From contig CAWKGF010000003.1 in the NCBI GenBank assembly GCA_963849135.1, positions 944,939 to 976,938 of the forward strand: a stretch of 32,000 nt of DNA. Direction: 5' to 3'. Shown piece after piece: positions 1 through 8,767 of this stretch. Source of the stretch: an uncultured Actinomycetes bacterium. Lineage in GTDB: Bacteria; Actinomycetota; Acidimicrobiia; IMCC26256; PALSA-555. Made by a program: the position numbers and the translations under genes. Every line of letters begins with the position of its first letter. Positions within the stretch are counted from its first letter, which is position 1. The notes beneath the pieces were generated by a model, which saw nothing but the letters and a program-made list of their open reading frames with translations, made no database searches and had not been told where the DNA came from.

Positions 1-353
1 CCTCCGTGATCCACGAGTCGGGGAGGTGCTTCTCGAAGGCGAGGAGCTGCGCCAGGACCCACTCCGAGATCGGGATCGCGCTCGGCCCCCCGCGAGCAGG
101 TCAGGGTGCGGTCGCCCACCTCGTCGAGCGGGAACCGGTCGACCCCGGTGCCGAGGGTGTGGATCCAGCGGACGTCGCGGCTCAGCACGTGCTCGAGGTT
201 CGGTGCGCCCCACGCGAGGGTGAAGAGCACGTCGCCCCGGATGCCGTCGTCGAGGCGCTCGTCGGCGGGGATCACCACGAGGTCGACCTCGGGCACCGCG
301 GCGCGGATCTCGTCGATCATCGGGCCGCCGACGTGGGTGAGGACGGTCGTCAC
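1..353 (-). pseudogene. D-isomer-specific 2-hydroxyacid dehydrogenase, N-terminal part (C-terminus lies beyond the window start); frame breaks near the C6 run at 86-91
   Basis: Manual minus-strand translation from GTG at 353 gives VTTVLTHVGGPMIDEIRAAVPEVDLVVIPADERL...VRWIHTLGTGVDRFPLDEVGDRTLTCSRG. The family sequence then continues in another frame as SAIPISEWVLAQLLAFEKHLPDSWITE. The GTG overlaps the upstream stop as GTGA (350-353). Confidence 0.6.
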
Positions 354-1174
354 GACAGCTCCGGCCAGAGGGTGCGGGCGGTGCCCCCCAGGTAGGCGAC
401 CCGGTCGTCGTCGCCCAGCTTCGACGCCGCGTAGCGGGCGTACTCCACGACGTCGGGGTACGGGCGGTCGTGGGTCTGGCTGTAGTCGGAGCCCCAGCAG
501 AGCCGGTCGGCGCCGAACCGGGCCACCAGCTCCGGGAGCAGCTCGCGGACGTCGCCGTGCGCGGCCGCCGCGTCGAGCGCGATCGTCGACACCTTCAGCG
601 TCAGGTTCGGGAACTCGGCCAGCGCCACCAGGTCGTCGGGCAGCCCGGAGCGGTAGTCGGCGAAGCCGCAGTGGTCGAGCGCGATCGGCAGGTCGGGCAG
701 CGTCGGGAGCGCGCTGGCGAGCGCCGGCAGGTGCTCGGCGAGCAGGGTCATCACCACCGGGAGCCGCGCCGCGTCGACGGCGTCCCACACTGCTCGGGGC
801 TCGGCGACGCCCCCGTCGTGGATCGCGACCCAGCGCAACCCCCGCGCCCCGGCCGCGAAGAGGCGCCGTGCCTCGGAGGCCGGGTTGGGGCTCGTCAGGT
901 CGACGCAGACGACCGGAGTGCAGCGGTGAGGGTGGCCCGCGGCGGCGTCGAGCGTGTACCGGTTGTCGTAGCGGTACGCGCTCATCCCCTGCACCAGCAC
1001 CGCGGCGCCGACGTCGGCGTCGTCGAGCAGCCCGACGAGCCGCTCGACCGAGCACGGGTCGTCCCGGTACCAGGGTCCGGTGACGCCGCTCGGGTTCAGC
1101 GGGTAGCGCTCCTCATCCTCGGCGACGACGTGCACGTGGGTGTCGACGATCAGGCCCGGTCGATCGGGCGTCAC
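350..1174 (-). CDS. Amidohydrolase-2 (PF04909-like, ACMSD/TIM-barrel metal hydrolase) family protein
   Basis: 274-aa ORF. N-terminal LIVDTHVHVV metal-binding HxH motif and C-terminal CWGSDYSQTH motif. The GTG start overlaps the stop of the upstream SDR (GTGA at 1171-1174). Confidence 0.85.
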   Translation of the reverse strand: MTPDRPGLIVDTHVHVVAEDEERYPLNPSGVTGPWYRDDPCSVERLVGLLDDADVGAAVLVQGMSAYRYDNRYTLDAAAGHPHRCTPVVCVDLTSPNPASEARRLFAAGARGLRWVAIHDGGVAEPRAVWDAVDAARLPVVMTLLAEHLPALASALPTLPDLPIALDHCGFADYRSGLPDDLVALAEFPNLTLKVSTIALDAAAAHGDVRELLPELVARFGADRLCWGSDYSQTHDRPYPDVVEYARYAASKLGDDDRVAYLGGTARTLWPELS

Positions 1175-1934
1175 AGCTCCTCGCCCGGGTCAAGAAACCG
1201 GCGGCCTGCGGTCAACCCGCCGTCGACGGTCAGCGCGGTGCCGTGCACGAACGAGGCGTCGTCCGAGGCGAGGAACAGCGCCGCCGCGGCGACCTCCTCG
1301 GGTTGCCCGGCCCGGCCGAGCAGGTGCCACGCGACGAACCGGTCCCGGATCCGGGCGAACCCGGGATCGCGCAGGATCGCGGTGAGCGGCGTGTCGATGA
1401 GGCCCGGGCACAGGCAGTTGACCCGGACGCCGGCCGCGCCGAAGTCGGTCGCCATGTTGCGGGTCAGGAGCACCACCCCGCCCTTCGACACGTTGTAGGC
1501 GGTCTGGCCCGAGAAGCCGATCAGCCCCTCGACGCTGGCCAGGTTCACGATGCTGCCCGAGCCGGCGGCGGCCATCCGGCGCACCACGTGCTTCGACACC
1601 AGCCAGGTGCCGGTGAGGTTCACGCCGAGGACCCGATCCCATTCCGCTTGTTCCATCGTGTCGGCGGCGCCGATGCTGAGGACGCCCGCCGCGTTGACGA
1701 GCACGTCGATCCGCTCGAAGCGGTCGGCGACCTCCTCGACCGTCCGCTCGACCGCCGCCTCGTCGCGGACGTCGACCGTCCACCACCCGGCGGCCGGTGA
1801 CCCGTGGGGCTGGGCGGCCTGGTCGGCGCCGGCCACGACCGCGCCTTCCTCCACGAAGCGGGCCGCGCAACGGCGCCGATCCCCGACGTGGCGCCGGTGA
1901 CGAGCGCCACCTTCCCGGCGAGCCGGTCACCCAC
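1171..1934 (-). pseudogene. SDR family oxidoreductase, one frameshift near 1860-1865 (pseudogene or sequencing indel)
   Basis: The Rossmann N-terminus GKVALVTGATSGIGA is in ORF 1620..1934. The rest is in ORF 1171..1854 (RFVEEGAVV..., NAAG, catalytic YNVSKGGV, PGLIDTPL). The junction CGGCCCGC fits a 1-nt loss in a G/C run. Confidence 0.8.
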
Positions 1935-1949
1935 GTCGTGCCAACTCGG

Positions 1950-2870
1950 TCACGGTCGGAACCCGTCGAGCATCCGGTCGAGGTCGCCTCGCCCCGCCGG
2001 GAGCGGTGTCCACGGTCCGTCGGCCATGACCGTGTCCCAGTGGTCGCGGATCGACTCGGGCGTGAGCGGACGGCCGTGCCACCCGTCGTTGACCGCGATC
2101 GCGACCCGGCCGATGTACCCGCCGCCGACGCTGTAGCACTCGCCGCTGACCGTGCAGTCCTCGTGGACCAGCCAGACCGCCAACGGCGCGACCTGGTCCA
2201 GCGACAGCCACTCGTGCAGCGCCTCCGACGCCGGGATGGGGCCGAACCCTCCGGGCCGGGTCTTGGCGCAGGGCGCGATGACGTTGACGGTCACTCGGTG
2301 CTCGGCGCCTTCCAACGCCAGCGCACGGGTCAGGCCCACCACGCCGAGCTTCCCCGCCGAGTAGCCGGTCATGCCGGGGACGCCCCAGAGCCCGGCGCCC
2401 GACGAGACGTTCAGCACCCGTCCCGAGCCGGCGGCGACGAGATGCGGCCACGCGGCCCGGGTCACGTTGAAGTGGCCACCCAGCTGGGAGGCCAGCACCG
2501 AGTCGACGAGGGCCGGCCCGTACTCGGCGAAGGGCGCCTGGCGGGCCACGCCGGCGTTGTTGATCACGACGTCGAGCCGCCCGAAGGCGTCGAGGGCCCG
2601 CTGCACGATCGCCGCCCCACCCTCGGGCGTCGCGACGCTGTCGGTGCTCTCCACCGCCGCGCCACCGTCGGCGACGATCTCGTCCACCACCGCTCGAGCC
2701 GGGTTCGTCTCGGGTGGGGTACCGGATCCGTCGGTGTCGCTGATCGCGACGCCCAGATCGTTGACGACCACCGATGCGCCCCGCGACGCGAGCAGCTTCG
2801 CGTACGTTCGGCCGAGGTTGCGGCCCACGCCCGTGACCACAGCGACCCGGCCGTCCCAGCGCAGCTCCAT
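1950..2870 (-). CDS. SDR family oxidoreductase, MFE-2/Hsd4A-N-terminal-like (3-hydroxyacyl-CoA dehydrogenase type)
   Basis: Start taken at the internal ATG (MELRWDGRVAVVTGVGRNLGR). Motifs VVVNDLG, NNAG and YSAGKLG are present. The upstream part of ORF 1950..3017 is Ser/Thr/Pro/Arg-rich with no family motifs and overlaps the neighbouring SDR. Confidence 0.85.
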   Translation of the reverse strand: MELRWDGRVAVVTGVGRNLGRTYAKLLASRGASVVVNDLGVAISDTDGSGTPPETNPARAVVDEIVADGGAAVESTDSVATPEGGAAIVQRALDAFGRLDVVINNAGVARQAPFAEYGPALVDSVLASQLGGHFNVTRAAWPHLVAAGSGRVLNVSSGAGLWGVPGMTGYSAGKLGVVGLTRALALEGAEHRVTVNVIAPCAKTRPGGFGPIPASEALHEWLSLDQVAPLAVWLVHEDCTVSGECYSVGGGYIGRVAIAVNDGWHGRPLTPESIRDHWDTVMADGPWTPLPAGRGDLDRMLDGFRP

Positions 2871-2898
2871 CGGTCGGGGACGGTAATCGACCGTCGCG

Positions 2899-3679
2899 CT
2901 ACGCGTCGGCGCCGAGCGCGTTGAACGGCCCGGCGAGGTAGCCGCCGTCGATGACGAACTCGGAGCCGGTGCAGTACGCGCTGGCGTCCGAGGCGAGGTA
3001 GCAGACCAGCTCCGCAACCTCCTCGGGCTGGCCGATCCGGCCCAGCGGCATCGACGCCGCGAGCCCGGGCCGCATGTCGAAGCCGCCCCAGCTCTCGGGC
3101 TGGACCATCGGCGTGTCGATCGGCCCCGGGTGCAGCGAGTTCACCCGGATCTGGTACCGACCGAGCTCCAGCGCGGCGGCCTTGGCCAGCCCCCGCAGCG
3201 CGAACTTGCTCGACACATACGCCGCGATACCTCCCGCGCCGACGATCCCGTTGACCGACGAGGTGAGCACGATCGAGCCGCCGCCAGAATTCGGCGATCG
3301 CCGGCACGGCGGCCCGGATCGCGACGAACGCCGCGATCTGGTTCACCTCGATGACCCGCCGGTACTCGTCGGGTGTCGTCCGCACGATCGGCTTGGGTCG
3401 AGGCGACACGCCGGCGTTGCTGATCAGCACGTGCAGGCCACCGAACCGGTCGACGGCCCGACGTACCACCGCATCCCAGTCCCCTTCGCAGGTGACGTCG
3501 AGATGCTCGAACGCGGCCCGGTCGTCGCCGAGCTCGGCGGCCACCCGGGCGCCCTCGTCGTCAAGGACATCGCCGAGCACCACCCGGGCGCCTTCCGCAG
3601 CGAAGAGCCGCGCCTCGGCCGCGCCCTGCCCGCGGGCCGCGCCGCTGATCAGTGCGACCTTCCCCTCGAGCCGTCCCAT
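2899..3679 (-). pseudogene. SDR family oxidoreductase, one frameshift near 3288 (pseudogene or sequencing indel)
   Basis: The N-terminal half MGRLEGKVALISGAARGQGAAEA...SNAG...PAIAE is in ORF 2564..3679. The C-terminal half (GGGS)IVLTSSVNG...YVSSKFAL...PGPIDTP is in ORF 2899..3270. Removing one T from GAATTCT restores PAIAESGGGSIVLTSS. Confidence 0.85.
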
Positions 3680-3683
3680 CGGA

Positions 3684-4856
3684 TCAGACGAATGAGTCGG
3701 GGATGTGGTCCAGGTGGTACAGCGCCTTGCAGTTGTCGTGGAGCATGCGCCGCACCTCGTCGCGAGGGACGCCCCGGAAGTCCCGCTCGATCATCACCCG
3801 GTTGTTGGGCCAGTCGCTCCCCGTGTGCGGGTAGTCCGTCGACCACAGCAGATGACCGAGGTTCATCCGGTGGCGGAGCTGGATCCCGACCGTGTCGATC
3901 ATGAAGGTGGCCCAGAAGTTCCGATAGAAGGTCCGGCTCGGCATGGTCCGCATCTGCTCGACCCCGTTGGTGAACCAGCGGTAGCGGAGGAACATGTCGT
4001 CGACCTGCTCGAGCAGGGTCGGGATCCAACCGATGTTCGCCTCGACCAGCAGCACCTTCAGCTTTGTGAACCGCTCGAAGATCCCCGAGAAGATCAGGTC
4101 GCACACGACCGGGATCGTGTGCGCGCCGGCCTTGCTGGCCCCGGCTGTCCCCATGAAGGCGAGCGTGTCGAGCGCGGGCGGCGCGCCCCCCACGCTCTTC
4201 AAGAAGCTGCCGATGTGCACCGCGATCGGGACGTCGGCCTCCTGGGCAAACGCCCAGAAGCGGTCGTCCTCCGAGGAGGCTTCGAGCGTCCCGTTCGGGA
4301 ACGACGAGATCACGACCCCCCGGTGGCCGAGCGCGAGCGCCCGTTCCGTCTCGGCGATCGCGTCGTCGACGCCGGTGGTCGGGAGGATCCCCTGGCCGAT
4401 CAGCCGCCCCTCGGAGCCGTCGCAGAACTCGGCCAGCCACTCGTTGTAGGCCCGGACGCACGCCCGCTGCAGGTCGGGCTCGGAGCCGTACACCCGAGCA
4501 CCCGAGAGCGTCACGCTGGGGTACAGGACCTGGGCGTAGATGCCGTCGGCGTCGAGGTCGGCGAGGCGGGCCTTGGTGTCGTAGGACCCGGGCCGCATCG
4601 AGTCGTAGGTGATCCCCGACGGCCGGTACTGCAGGTAGGAGAGCCCCGCCGTCGCGGTGAGCCCGACCGGCCGCAGGCTCTTGCCATCGTCGAAAGACCA
4701 CACGTCGCCGCCGTCGCCGTGGACAACCTTCGGGGCTCGCTCCCGCAGCGCCGCCGGAACCCGGCTCTGCCAGGTGTCGGGCGGCTCGTTGACGTGCGCG
4801 TCGGCGTCGATGATCGGGTAGTCGATGCTGGCGACTTCCAGGAACGGCTCGGACAC
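3684..4856 (-). CDS. Amidohydrolase-2 (PF04909-like) family protein
   Basis: C-terminal 390 aa of ORF 3684..6011. It begins at the GTG for VSEPFLEVASIDYPIIDADAHVNEPPDTW and ends in ...LWSTDYPHTGSDWP. The upstream part of the long ORF is Arg/Gly/Pro-rich with no family motifs. Confidence 0.85.
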   Translation of the reverse strand: MSEPFLEVASIDYPIIDADAHVNEPPDTWQSRVPAALRERAPKVVHGDGGDVWSFDDGKSLRPVGLTATAGLSYLQYRPSGITYDSMRPGSYDTKARLADLDADGIYAQVLYPSVTLSGARVYGSEPDLQRACVRAYNEWLAEFCDGSEGRLIGQGILPTTGVDDAIAETERALALGHRGVVISSFPNGTLEASSEDDRFWAFAQEADVPIAVHIGSFLKSVGGAPPALDTLAFMGTAGASKAGAHTIPVVCDLIFSGIFERFTKLKVLLVEANIGWIPTLLEQVDDMFLRYRWFTNGVEQMRTMPSRTFYRNFWATFMIDTVGIQLRHRMNLGHLLWSTDYPHTGSDWPNNRVMIERDFRGVPRDEVRRMLHDNCKALYHLDHIPDSFV

Positions 4857-4904
4857 AGCGCCACGCTCGCGCTTCCCGACCGGACCTGCAACTGGGGCGC
4901 GCGC

Positions 4905-4933
4905 GTCGGCACGGGCCAGCCTGGCGTGCCGAC
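4905..4933. promoter_or_regulatory. Near-perfect 29-bp palindrome (candidate operator) in the 140-bp divergent intergenic region 4857-4996
   Basis: GTCGGCACG(GG)CCAG C CTGG CGTGCCGAC. The outer 9-bp arms are perfect reverse complements, and the inner CCAG/CTGG arms are also complementary. It lies between two divergently transcribed operons. Confidence 0.4.
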
Positions 4934-4996
4934 ACGGGATATCGGAGGGAGCGTCGTGTTGACGGCGTCCCGACCTCCTGGGAGGGTGCGGGGCGC

Positions 4997-6155
4997 ATGA
5001 CCGTCGCGGGGGCTCGCTCCGAGATCCACGGGCAGTGCGACGCCCGGTACGCGGGCGTGCGCGACACGTTCGCGGACGGGTTCTCCCGAGGCCTCGAAGC
5101 TCGGCGCGGCGGTGAACGTCATCGTCGCCGGGACACCGGTCGTGGATCTGTGGGGCGGCTGGGCGGACGAGGGGCGCACCCGGCCGTGGGAGCACGACAC
5201 GATCGCCTGCGTGTTCTCGTGCACGAAGGGCCTCGCCGCGGTGGCGCTCCTGGTGCTCGTCGACCGGGGGGTCGTCGACCTCGACGCGCCGGTGGCGACC
5301 TGGTGGCCGGAGTTCGCGGCGGCCGGCAAGGAGACCCTGCCCGTCCGCTACCTCCTCACCCACGAGGCGGGACTCGCGGCGCTGAGCCGGACGCTGCCGT
5401 TCGGGTCGCTGTCCGACTGGGACCTCATGACCGACGCCCTCGCCGCCCAGCAGCCCTGGTGGGAGCCGGGCGTCGGGCACGGCTACCACGGCGTCACCTT
5501 CGGTCACCTGGTGGGAGAGGTCGTGCGACGGGCCGACGGACGCTCGATCGGGCAGTTCGTCCGCGACGAGATCGCCGGTCCACTCGGCATCGACTGGTTC
5601 CTCGGCCTGCCCGCCCCGGAGGAGCCCCGCACCGCGCAGATGACGATCGAGTACCCGGGGCCGGGCCAGCGCACCTTCTTCTCCCACTGGGGACCGGACG
5701 ACCTCGGCCCGAAGGCGTTCGGGAACCCGCCCGACTGCAACCTGATCGAGCACACCAACACCCGGGCGTTCCGCGCCGCGGAGATCCCGGCTGCCAACGG
5801 GCACGCCACCGCCCGCGCGCTGGCCGGCTTCTACGACGCGCTGGGGCACGGTCGGCTGCTCACTCCCTCGCTGGTCGCTGACGCCGCCCGTCCCCACGTC
5901 GAGGGACACGACCTGGTCATGGACGCCCCGACCCGGTTCGGACTCGGGTTCGAGATCACCGACCCTCCGGCCGCGTTCTCGTTCGGTCCCGGCGCTCGCA
6001 CCTGGGGTCACAACGGCTCCGGCGGCTCGCTCGGCTGCTTCGACCCGGACGCCGACGTGGCGTTCGGCTACGTGATGAACCGGATGGCGTGGACCGAGCG
6101 CCGCGACGACGTGCGGTGGGTTCCGGTCTTCAACGCGCTGTACGCCGCCCTGTGA
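4997..6155 (+). pseudogene. Class-C beta-lactamase-like serine hydrolase/esterase, one frameshift near 5097-5098
   Basis: The N-terminus MTVAGARSEIHGQCDARYAGVRDTFADGFSRGLE is in ORF 4997..5881. It continues as LGAAVNVIVAGTPVVDLWGG...FSCTKG (SxxK nucleophile motif) in ORF 5112..6155. Removing one A from GAAGCT restores GLELGAAV. Confidence 0.8.
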
Positions 6156-7102
6156 AGCTCTCCGTCGTCGTCCCCGAGACCCGATCGCTCCGCCGGGTCG
6201 AGGAACTCGCCCGGCGAGCGGAGACGCTCGGTCTCCACGGCCTGTTCCTCGGGACCGCGTTCGGGTTCGACCCGATCCTCGCCCTCGCGCTCGCCGGACC
6301 CGCGACGAGCCGCCTCCAGCTCGGCACGTCGGTCGTCCCGACCTGGACCCGGCACCCGCTCGTCATGGCCCAGGACGCCGCGACCGCCAACGCGGCGTGC
6401 CACGGGCGTTTCCGGCTCGGGGTCGGTCCCAGCCATCCGTTCCTCATGCAGATGCTCGGCGTCGACTACGACCGTCCGGTCAGCCACGTCCGCGAGTACG
6501 TGACGATCGTCCGGGCCCTGCTCGCGGACGGTCACGTCAAGCACCGCGGCAGCCGGTACACCCTCACCGCGGTCCTCGACGTCGAGGACGCCGGCCACCC
6601 GCCGGTGCTGCTCGCCGCGCTACGGGAGCAGCTGTGCCGGACTGCGGGCGCGGTCGCCGACGGCGTCCTGCCCTGGCTGGCCCCGCCGTCGTGGATCGCC
6701 GACGTGATCGCACCCTCGGTGCGGGCCGGAGCCGACGCGGCCGGCCGGCCCGCGCCCCCCATCGTCGCCACGATCCCCTGCTACCTCTCGTCCCGCCCGT
6801 CCGAGGTGCACGAGGCGGCCCGGCGCGACCTGGCGATCTATGCCAACGTGGCGACCTACACCGAGATGCTGACCGCCGCCGGCGTCCCCGACGCCGCCGA
6901 CGCGGCGAGTCGAGGCTGGACCGACGCCATGATCGATGCCGTCATCCCCTCCGGGGACGAGGACCGCCTGGCCGCGCGCCTCGACGCCTACGTCGAGGCA
7001 GGCGCCGACGAGGTCGCGGTGTCGCCCTTCGCGTGCGGTCCCGACTCGGAACGCAATCTCGAGGACTGCTGGGAGCTGCTCGGTGCCCTCGCACGAGGCT
7101 GA
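6152..7102 (+). CDS. LLM-class (luciferase-like) flavin/F420-dependent oxidoreductase
   Basis: The GTG start (VKLSVVVPE...) overlaps the upstream stop as GTGA at 6152-6155. The sequence has the typical LLM layout (LGLHGLFLGTAFGFDP, RFRLGVGPS, ...YVEAGADEVAV). Confidence 0.8.
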   Translation: MKLSVVVPETRSLRRVEELARRAETLGLHGLFLGTAFGFDPILALALAGPATSRLQLGTSVVPTWTRHPLVMAQDAATANAACHGRFRLGVGPSHPFLMQMLGVDYDRPVSHVREYVTIVRALLADGHVKHRGSRYTLTAVLDVEDAGHPPVLLAALREQLCRTAGAVADGVLPWLAPPSWIADVIAPSVRAGADAAGRPAPPIVATIPCYLSSRPSEVHEAARRDLAIYANVATYTEMLTAAGVPDAADAASRGWTDAMIDAVIPSGDEDRLAARLDAYVEAGADEVAVSPFACGPDSERNLEDCWELLGALARG

Positions 7103-7487
7103 CCTCGTCCGCGAGCTGTTCGCCCGCCTCTCCGGGCGTGACTTCGAGGGGCTCGTCGCGCTCCTTGCCGACGACGTCGAGTTCGACCTGGCCTACGCCC
7201 CCGAGTTCCTCCCCATGCCGACCCGGGGCCGCGAGGCGGTCGGCGAGCTGGTCGCGAACGTGATCGGCGGCATGTTCGAGCCGTTCACCATCGAGGTCGT
7301 CGCCACCTACCCGGGCGCGGAGTCCGGCGTCGTCATCGCCGAGTACGCCAGCGACGGCACCGTGAAGCACAACGGCAACCGGTACCTGAACCGGTACGTC
7401 GGGATCTTCCGGTTCCGGGAGGACAAGGTGGCGTTCTGGCGCGAGTATCACAACCCTGAAGCAGCGACGAAAGCGATGACGGGATGA
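7083..7487 (+). CDS. SnoaL-like / NTF2-family protein
   Basis: ADLVRELFARLSGRDFEGLVALLADDVEF...YVGIFRFREDKVAFWREYHNP is a typical SnoaL/ketosteroid-isomerase-like fold signature. GTG at 7083 is the only plausible start, giving a 20-nt overlap with the LLM gene. Confidence 0.7.
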   Translation: MPSHEADLVRELFARLSGRDFEGLVALLADDVEFDLAYAPEFLPMPTRGREAVGELVANVIGGMFEPFTIEVVATYPGAESGVVIAEYASDGTVKHNGNRYLNRYVGIFRFREDKVAFWREYHNPEAATKAMTG

Positions 7488-8725
7488 CTGAGCAGCGAGT
7501 GGTCCTCACCAACGCCAACCTGGTCGACGGCGAGCACCCGGCGAAGCCGGGCGCGCACGTCGTGGTCGAGGGGAACCGCATCACCGCGGTCGGGACCGGC
7601 GCCGTCGACCGCCGAGCCGGGGACCGCGTGGTCGATCTCGCCGGCCGCACCATCATGCCCGGGATGGTCACCTGCCACTTCCACTCCACCTACCACGAGC
7701 TCGGCGCGACCCCCGCCCCCTATGGGCTCGAGGCCCCACCGCCGTACCAGGCCCTGCGCGCCGCCCACAACCTCGAGACCGCGCTGCGGTGCGGGTTCAC
7801 GAGCGCGGTGAGCGCCGGGGCGCCCTGCGACGTCGACGCGTCGATGAAGCGGGCGATCAACGAGGGGCTGATCCCCGGTCCACGGTTCGTCCCCGGCAGC
7901 CGGGAGCTGTCCACCACCGGGCACGGCAACGACACCAACCCGTGGTACTGGGAGATGGCCGCGTGGGGCGCGGCCCGCTGCTGCGACAGCCCCGAGGAGT
8001 TCCGCAAGGCGGTCCGCGACGAGGTGAAGCGCGGCGCCGAGATGATCAAGCTCTTCGTCACTGGTGGACACGGCGTCCTCACGCCGAAGGACCGGCTCGA
8101 GATGACACCAGCCGAGTTCACGGCCGCGGTCGAAACCGCCCACGACCGCGGCGCCCGAATCCGCGGCCACATCGTGAACAAGCGGGCCATCATGCTGGCC
8201 GTTGAGGCCGGGATCGACGTGATCGACCACGGCGACGAGATGGACGACGAGTGCATCGCCGGCATCGTCGAGCGAAACATCTTCGTCGCGCCGAGCGTGC
8301 TGTTCCCCAAGACGTTCCTCGAGCTCATGGGCTCCGGGCTCGGGTTCACCGATCAGATGCGCGCCGACCTCGACCGGACCCTCGGCATCCTGGCCGACGC
8401 CAACGCGGCCGGCGTCAAGCTGGTCGTCGGCGACGACTACGGCGCGGTCGGCTTCGCCCACGGCCGCTACGCCGAGGAGCTCGAGGTCTACGTCCGCGAC
8501 GCCGGCGTCCCCGCGCTCGAGGTGCTGCGCTGGGCGACGAAGCACGGCGCGGAGCTCATGGGCCGCGCCGACGAGCTCGGCACCGTCGCCGAGGGCAAGC
8601 TCGCCGACCTGCTGGTCATCGACGGTGATCCGCTCGAGGACGTGACAGTGCTCCAGGACCGGGACCGGATCCTCGCCATCGTCAAGGACGGCGTGTTCGT
8701 CAAGGACGAGCTCGCCGCGGCCTGA
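7484..8725 (+). CDS. Amidohydrolase family protein (metal-dependent hydrolase, COG1228-like)
   Basis: 413-aa ORF. ANLVDGEH...IMPGMVTCHFHS (HxH), KLFVTGG and DHGD motifs are present. The ATG overlaps the upstream stop (ATGA at 7484-7487). Confidence 0.85.
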   Translation: MTEQRVVLTNANLVDGEHPAKPGAHVVVEGNRITAVGTGAVDRRAGDRVVDLAGRTIMPGMVTCHFHSTYHELGATPAPYGLEAPPPYQALRAAHNLETALRCGFTSAVSAGAPCDVDASMKRAINEGLIPGPRFVPGSRELSTTGHGNDTNPWYWEMAAWGAARCCDSPEEFRKAVRDEVKRGAEMIKLFVTGGHGVLTPKDRLEMTPAEFTAAVETAHDRGARIRGHIVNKRAIMLAVEAGIDVIDHGDEMDDECIAGIVERNIFVAPSVLFPKTFLELMGSGLGFTDQMRADLDRTLGILADANAAGVKLVVGDDYGAVGFAHGRYAEELEVYVRDAGVPALEVLRWATKHGAELMGRADELGTVAEGKLADLLVIDGDPLEDVTVLQDRDRILAIVKDGVFVKDELAAA

Positions 8726-8767
8726 CCTCCCGGTCGGCGTTCCCGCCCGGTTCTCGGCCCGGGCCGG

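Noticed and set aside
106-1083. Many long ORFs in the six-frame track, for example 106..1083 (+), 470..1498 (+), 8823..10850 (-), 3649..5067 (-), 17965..20190 (+), 19455..21596 (+), 21906..23162 (+) and 30793..31884 (-).
   Set aside because: Their translations are dominated by Arg, Pro, Gly and Ala with no family motifs. They lie antisense to, or out of frame with, ORFs that carry clear enzyme signatures. These are typical shadow ORFs of stop-poor high-GC DNA.
3287-3292. An EcoRI site (GAATTC at 3287-3292) and a BamHI site (GGATCC at 18661-18666) coincide with two of the frameshift junctions, which raised the idea of cloning scars or engineered junctions.
   Set aside because: The other seven junctions carry no restriction sites. 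Both cases are fully explained by a single extra base in a short mononucleotide run. Flanking sequence is continuous with the same gene on both sides.
8744-8755. Short perfect GC palindromes and hairpins in convergent or intergenic gaps were considered as terminators or operators: CGGCCCGGGCCG at about 8744-8755, GGCCGCGCGGCC at about 28383-28394, GGGCGG-AGG-CCGCCC at 27114-27128, CCCGCC-T-GGCGGG at 10807-10819 and CCGG-GTGAG-CCGG at about 30848-30860.
   Set aside because: Stems are only 4-6 bp with no U-tract. Such palindromes are expected by chance at this GC content, so the support is insufficient to annotate them.
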